The notes beneath the pieces were generated by a model. The model was not told the DNA's origin, ran no database searches, and saw only the letters and a list, made by a program, of their open reading frames with translations. Shown piece after piece: positions 59,248-64,000 of a stretch of 64,000 nt of DNA. The position numbers were made by a program, and so were the translations under genes. How positions within the stretch are numbered: position 1 is the first letter of the stretch; each line of letters opens with the position of its first letter. The stretch is from a virus (taxonomy: Duplodnaviria; Caudoviricetes): positions 21,751 through 85,750 of the IMG/VR virus record IMGVR_UViG_3300014204_000011; one strand, written 5' to 3'.

Positions 59248-59330
59248 ATATAAATAAAAAGGTGAGAAATGGAAAAGTTAAAGAGACATAAAAACGCTGA
59301 ATATTCTAATATAATTAAGCATATATATCT

Positions 59331-61481
59331 ATGAAAGAATTAATTGATAAATTTGTAAATCAAGGTTTTAAAATATTTCCTTGTCATGCAGATAAAACAC
59401 CTGCGCTTAGTTCCGGATTTAAAGCAGCACATAATGATTTAAGAAAACTATATACTCAATTTTATAAATCTAATATGCTTATAGGTCTTCCAACTGGAAA
59501 TATTAATGGTATTGTAATTATAGATATAGATATAAAAGACGGTAGAAGTGTTGATGAATTAAAAGAAGAGCTAAACCAATACGGAGAATTACCTCCTACT
59601 TTTGAAGTAGAAACAATGAGTGGTGGTAGGCATTTATATTATAAATGTCAAAGCACGAATTTAAGATCTGCGGTTAGATTTTTTGAAAAGACTTTACCAG
59701 TAGATATAAGAGCCGAGGGAGGATATTGTGTAACTTTTGATTATAAACAATATTTTCCCCTTGATTGTGAAGACGATGAAAATATAAAAGAATTAATGGC
59801 AGAACTTCCTGAATGGGTTGAAAATTATAAAAAGCCTAATGAATATATTGAAAATCTTGTACCCGATGAAACGCTTTTTCCACCTTCAGAAGTAAGAGAA
59901 CTTAGATCAGCTCTTGCTTTTCTTGATGCCGATGACAGAGACTTATGGGTAAGAATAGGTCATGCATGTAAAAGCGTGGGTTCACTACAGGCTAAAGGAC
60001 TTTGGGTTGAATGGAGTATGAAGTCTGATAAGTTTGATCCTGTAGATACTGAAAAGAAATGGATAAGTTTTCAGCCACATGATATAACTATCGCCAGTAT
60101 ATTCGGTCTTGCTAAACAAAAAGGCTGGATAACTACCTATACTGGTGCTGATAATAATAATTTTAGTCTTGCACTTACTCCAGAGCAGATAGAAGCTAAA
60201 GTTGTAATTCCTAAAAGTTATGAAAAAGCTAAATTTCCTGAAGATCTTTTAAATCCTCCTGGATATGTAGGTGAAGTCGTAAAATATATGAATTCTCAAG
60301 CTATTCAGGATCAACCAATTTTACATCTTGCTGCTGCTCTGACTTTTACCGGTACTTTATTAGGTCGTAAAGTCAGGACTGAAAAAAATGCCCGTACTAA
60401 TATTTATTGTGTAGGTCTTGGTGAGAGTGGATGCGGTAAAGATAATGCAAGACAGTGTATAAAAGAAATAGTATATTGCTGTAATGATCCAAAAATGTCA
60501 GGTATCGCAAGTGTTGAAGCTTTAGCCAGTGATGCTGCGGTTTATAATTTTTTACAACTTAATCCATCATCATTATTTTTAATTGATGAAATAGGCAGAT
60601 TTTTACAGACTACAAACTCAGCACAAAACAGTCATTTACATGGTGTTGTAGATGTATTTTTAAAAGCTTATAGTAGTGCAAGGACTATAATGCCTGGTAA
60701 AAATTATGCAGATTTAAAACGAAATATAACTATAAATAATCCAAATCTTTGTATTTATGGTACTGCAACACCAGATCAATTCTATGAAGCTCTGACAAAA
60801 AAGAGTATAGAAGAAGGATTAATTGCGAGAATGCTTATTTTTGAAAGTGAAAATCCTTTTCCTGATACAAATGATGATGTAGAGATAAAAAAGCCTGAGA
60901 GAGATCTTGTTGAAAAAACAAAAATACTTTTTCACAGAACAACCAATTGTAATCCGCAAGGCAATGTAGCTGGTTCAGAATTCGTAGATCCGCTAATTAT
61001 TCCCTATACAAAAGAAGCAAAAGAAATGATTAAAATATTTAATAAAGAAATTCAGATACTTAGAAAAAAACTAGAAGCAGAGAATAAAATTCATAGTATT
61101 TATAATAGATGTGGACTTATATGTGAACAAATAAGTCTTATACTTGCTTGCGGTTGCCAGGTCGAAGTTGAGCAACCTATTATAAAACCTGAACATGTTG
61201 CATATGCTAAAAAACTGACTAAACATATATTCGATAATCTTCATTATGATGCAGAAACCCGTATAAGCTCAAGCCCCCAAGAAAAACATGTTAAGGATGT
61301 ACTAAGAGAAATAAGAAAACATGGTAAAATATTGAATAAAGATCTGATAAAAAAATTTCATCATCTTAAAAGTAATGAAAGAAAAGATGTTTTAGAAACT
61401 CTAATCAATTCAGAGCTTATAGAAGAAGTGCTTGAAATATGTGCAGATGGTAAAAGAAAAAAAGTATTTATAGCGGTGTAA
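59331..61481 (+). CDS. Bifunctional primase-polymerase + PriCT-2 + DUF3987-like helicase
   Basis: IFPC...KTP, GLPTG, DID, SGGRHLYY, DIRAEGGY; RDLWVRIG...WVEWS; GESGCGKD, IDEIG. Confidence 0.88.
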   Translation: MKELIDKFVNQGFKIFPCHADKTPALSSGFKAAHNDLRKLYTQFYKSNMLIGLPTGNINGIVIIDIDIKDGRSVDELKEELNQYGELPPTFEVETMSGGRHLYYKCQSTNLRSAVRFFEKTLPVDIRAEGGYCVTFDYKQYFPLDCEDDENIKELMAELPEWVENYKKPNEYIENLVPDETLFPPSEVRELRSALAFLDADDRDLWVRIGHACKSVGSLQAKGLWVEWSMKSDKFDPVDTEKKWISFQPHDITIASIFGLAKQKGWITTYTGADNNNFSLALTPEQIEAKVVIPKSYEKAKFPEDLLNPPGYVGEVVKYMNSQAIQDQPILHLAAALTFTGTLLGRKVRTEKNARTNIYCVGLGESGCGKDNARQCIKEIVYCCNDPKMSGIASVEALASDAAVYNFLQLNPSSLFLIDEIGRFLQTTNSAQNSHLHGVVDVFLKAYSSARTIMPGKNYADLKRNITINNPNLCIYGTATPDQFYEALTKKSIEEGLIARMLIFESENPFPDTNDDVEIKKPERDLVEKTKILFHRTTNCNPQGNVAGSEFVDPLIIPYTKEAKEMIKIFNKEIQILRKKLEAENKIHSIYNRCGLICEQISLILACGCQVEVEQPIIKPEHVAYAKKLTKHIFDNLHYDAETRISSSPQEKHVKDVLREIRKHGKILNKDLIKKFHHLKSNERKDVLETLINSELIEEVLEICADGKRKKVFIAV

Positions 61482-61518
61482 AAAGTAAAAAATATTTCAT
61501 AAAAAGTAAAAAAATTTA

Positions 61519-61547
61519 TTGACAAAATACAACATAAGACATAAATT
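61519..61547 (+). promoter_or_regulatory. Sigma70-like early promoter
   Basis: TTGACA-N17-TAAATT, preceded by two AAAAGTAAAAAA elements. Confidence 0.7.
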
Positions 61548-61564
61548 TAAAAAAGAGGTTATAA

Positions 61565-61807
61565 ATGATTAAAATTTCAGACTTAGAACACATACAGGAT
61601 AATCTTGAAATACTTGGATATAATGTAGAAAATACAAAAACTTTATTTATTTATATGAAAGAAAATAATAGATTTCATGTTGATATAGAAATGGAAGAAG
61701 TCAGATTTTATATGAAGACAAAAACATGGAATTTACAGAAAACTTTTACATTTTCAGAATTTGTAATTTTAACTCATGACTGGATAAAGAAACATAAATT
61801 AAAATAA
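61565..61807 (+). CDS. Hypothetical protein
   Basis: GAGG RBS. Confidence 0.6.
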   Translation: MIKISDLEHIQDNLEILGYNVENTKTLFIYMKENNRFHVDIEMEEVRFYMKTKTWNLQKTFTFSEFVILTHDWIKKHKLK

Positions 61808-61846
61808 CTATAATATAATCGTAGTTATGTTATTAAAGGAGAGATT

Positions 61847-62050
61847 ATGAAAACGACAATATTAGACGAAAACAAAAAAGATATTATTTGTTCCAACGGA
61901 GTAATATTTATTCATTTAACTCGTAGAGAAGCAATATCTACTATACGATCTTTAGCTGAACAATTAGATAGGAATAATTCTAATGTAAATAGATTAGAAG
62001 ATTATGACGAAAACGGAAATTATTTTTCTATATCTGTAGAGGAAGAGTAA
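61847..62050 (+). CDS. Hypothetical protein
   Basis: AGGAG RBS. Confidence 0.6.
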   Translation: MKTTILDENKKDIICSNGVIFIHLTRREAISTIRSLAEQLDRNNSNVNRLEDYDENGNYFSISVEEE

Positions 62051-62103
62051 TAACGAAATAACAATTATGCCTGAGATAAAATTGAAGATGAGAGGTTGAG
62101 GAA

Positions 62104-62562
62104 ATGAAATTAAATGCAGTTAAATGTAATAAATGTGGACATATACATAGCACGACAGAGGGATGTCCTATAAATAATTTAACAACAGAACAACAACTAA
62201 AAGACGACTGCACACCGGATGATATTAAGTGCATGGTTGAACTTGCGGAAGGGTTTGAGTGGAGCGAATCAATTCATTTCGGTGATATTTCATCAAGCAT
62301 TAAATATTCTAAAAACGGTGAGGCAACAGTTTTAGCTACATCATGGATTTTGTTTCCTCTTCTCATTCATCGGGCAGTTGAAGGATGGAATAAGAAATTT
62401 GAAGATAAAAATATATGGATCGGGCATAAAGGTATTGGATATATACAATATTATAATCCTAAAGATTATGAATTTAAAAACTATCAACCACAATCACTAA
62501 CCCAAGCCGAATGTGCAATGTTACACTGTCTGCTTGATATATTTAAGGAGGAAAGGGAATGA
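62104..62562 (+). CDS. Hypothetical protein with N-terminal Zn motif
   Basis: CNKCGH...C. Confidence 0.6.
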   Translation: MKLNAVKCNKCGHIHSTTEGCPINNLTTEQQLKDDCTPDDIKCMVELAEGFEWSESIHFGDISSSIKYSKNGEATVLATSWILFPLLIHRAVEGWNKKFEDKNIWIGHKGIGYIQYYNPKDYEFKNYQPQSLTQAECAMLHCLLDIFKEERE

Positions 62563-63119
62563 GTAAAGATATGATTTTAGAAAATAAATATTTTGATGAG
62601 TATAAAATAATAGATGGATTAAATCAACATCCAGAAGGATTAACTTATCAGCAATGGTTAGAAAAATATCATCCATTAAATAATAAAACAATATTAAAAG
62701 TTAAAATAAGTAAAACAAGAGATGAATATATAAGTTGGCTCAAAAATACAAAATGGTATCACGATCCAGTTGTTATAAATTATGTTTCTGAATTAAAAAA
62801 TAATATTTCAGAACTTGAACAGGCAAATGATGGTCTATTGTTAGCACTTCAAGAAAGCACTAGAGTTCTAAATATTAAAATTAAAGAACTTGAACAGCAG
62901 AATGCGGAACTTAAAAATAAAAATGTATTACTAACGAAAAAAATAAATTGCCTTATAGATGATTGGTCTAATGTCGTAAATAAAAATAGAGAGATTGAAA
63001 ATCAAAAAATGGAGTTGATAGATTTACTAATTGAAGCTACTGAAGGATATGACGCAATGTCTATAGAATCATACGAAAAAATTTTAAAATATAAATTACA
63101 AAAGGAGGAAAGGAAATGA
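62559..63119 (+). CDS. Coiled-coil hypothetical protein
   Basis: Heptad repeats. Confidence 0.6.
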   Translation: MSKDMILENKYFDEYKIIDGLNQHPEGLTYQQWLEKYHPLNNKTILKVKISKTRDEYISWLKNTKWYHDPVVINYVSELKNNISELEQANDGLLLALQESTRVLNIKIKELEQQNAELKNKNVLLTKKINCLIDDWSNVVNKNREIENQKMELIDLLIEATEGYDAMSIESYEKILKYKLQKEERK

Positions 63120-63361
63120 GTAAGGCAGAGCAAGAATATGAAGATTACCTTCGTAAAATGTTTTTAAAAGATCGTTGTGAACATCCCATAACTGCTACAT
63201 ATATAGATGAATTAAAACAGCAGAAAGCGGAGCTGGTAGAATTTGTAAATAAAGTCGAACAATTTTTAGGTCCTTATACTAACTCCGGAATTAGCAGAGG
63301 CGACCTGTATAATTTGTCTGAGCTTCTTAAAAATAAATATAAATTACAAAAGGGGAATTAA
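63116..63361 (+). CDS. Hypothetical protein related to the upstream gene
   Basis: YIDELKQQKAEL; both genes end with KYKLQK. Confidence 0.6.
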   Translation: MSKAEQEYEDYLRKMFLKDRCEHPITATYIDELKQQKAELVEFVNKVEQFLGPYTNSGISRGDLYNLSELLKNKYKLQKGN

Positions 63362-63367
63362 GTAATT

Positions 63368-63526
63368 ATGAAAGTTGTATGCAATAAAAAAGATAATTGT
63401 GTCCACAACAAGCATTTGATTTATCGGTTTAATGAGCCTTGCGGAGGAAGTATTCCGCATTATCCTGATTAAGAGTATGGAAAATGTCCAGTTGATAAAG
63501 AAGCGAAATGTATTGAAGTAGAATAA
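63368..63526 (+). pseudogene. Small Cys-rich ORF interrupted by an in-frame TAA
   Basis: MKVVCNKKDNC...CGGSIPHYPD*EYGKCPVDKEAKCIEVE, with TAA at 63470-63472. Confidence 0.5.
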
Positions 63527-63549
63527 CTAAACCGGAGGGAGTGTATAGA

Positions 63550-64000
63550 ATGAAGCCTAAAGAAATAATAAAAAAACCAAAAGGACACTGCGAGGGTAAT
63601 TTGGTAATTAAAAATTTAACTGGAATAGGTGAAATTAAAATGTCATCTAAAAATCAGAAAAAAATAATAAAATGTTTGATTAATAAAGCTATAGCTAGGG
63701 GAACTAAAATTGATAACTTTAAGATTGAATTAGAATCTCTTATTAACAAGCACGGTATAGACTCCTTATTTAATTGTCAAGATTTTATACTTACTAACTA
63801 TATAATGAATTGCCTTGAAGCATATGGAGATTTAGAAGATCATAAGAATAAAATGAGGGTGGAAACCAAAGGAGGGCAAGAGATGAAATCGGAAGAACAA
63901 AAACTCAATCTTTGTAAGACCTGTAAATATATTAATTGTTTTATGCGAGGTATGCTCAGTAGAACCATTATATGCCAGAAAGAAATTGATATGGAAAATA
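63550..64000 (+). CDS. Hypothetical protein, 3' truncated by the window
   Basis: Open from ATG 63550 to the window end; contains FKIELESLINKHGIDSLFNCQDFILTNYIMNCL. Confidence 0.55.
   Translation, partial: MKPKEIIKKPKGHCEGNLVIKNLTGIGEIKMSSKNQKKIIKCLINKAIARGTKIDNFKIELESLINKHGIDSLFNCQDFILTNYIMNCLEAYGDLEDHKNKMRVETKGGQEMKSEEQKLNLCKTCKYINCFMRGMLSRTIICQKEIDMEN

Larger units (their letters stand above)
1..64000. mobile_element. Segment of a contractile-tailed (myovirus-type) phage genome
   Basis: MuF, prohead protease, scaffold, capsid, neck, sheath, tube, baseplate, fibre and replication genes throughout. No host housekeeping genes and no att site or integrase in the window. Confidence 0.97.

Noticed and set aside
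1-64000. Stop-codon reassignment
   Set aside because: Long intact genes tile the window in code 11 and TAA, TAG and TGA all end coupled genes. The two in-frame TAAs are isolated cases.
1-64000. Prophage boundaries, integrase, tRNA or rRNA genes
   Set aside because: None recognisable; lifestyle cannot be determined from this window.

Overview
This AT-rich window is 64 kb of a tailed myovirus-type phage genome, read in standard genetic code. No host genes, integrase, terminase, portal, tRNA or CRISPR array are visible. Left to right: a putative lysis cassette (membrane proteins, a papain-like candidate endolysin, an outer-membrane phospholipase A with intact catalytic motif, a lipoprotein); MuF and a neck-like gene; a small reverse-strand island (DUF4942-like); an 11-kb array of polyvalent proteins (MPTase, HAD nucleotidase, pyrophosphatase-like, two JAB-like, LPD1, DUF6496/DUF5661-like); a Twort/SPO1-like head, neck, contractile-tail and baseplate module interrupted by a 7-kb reverse-strand sugar-modification cassette; a lipoprotein moron; and divergent recombination/replication genes. 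The most striking signal is that the polyvalent proteins share a 20-aa leader and [LM]-x-K-A sites, matching the sites in capsid, scaffold and prohead protease. This suggests protease-processed, capsid-packaged effectors. OMPLA and lipoproteins point to a diderm host. All family assignments come from motif recognition by eye, not database searches.
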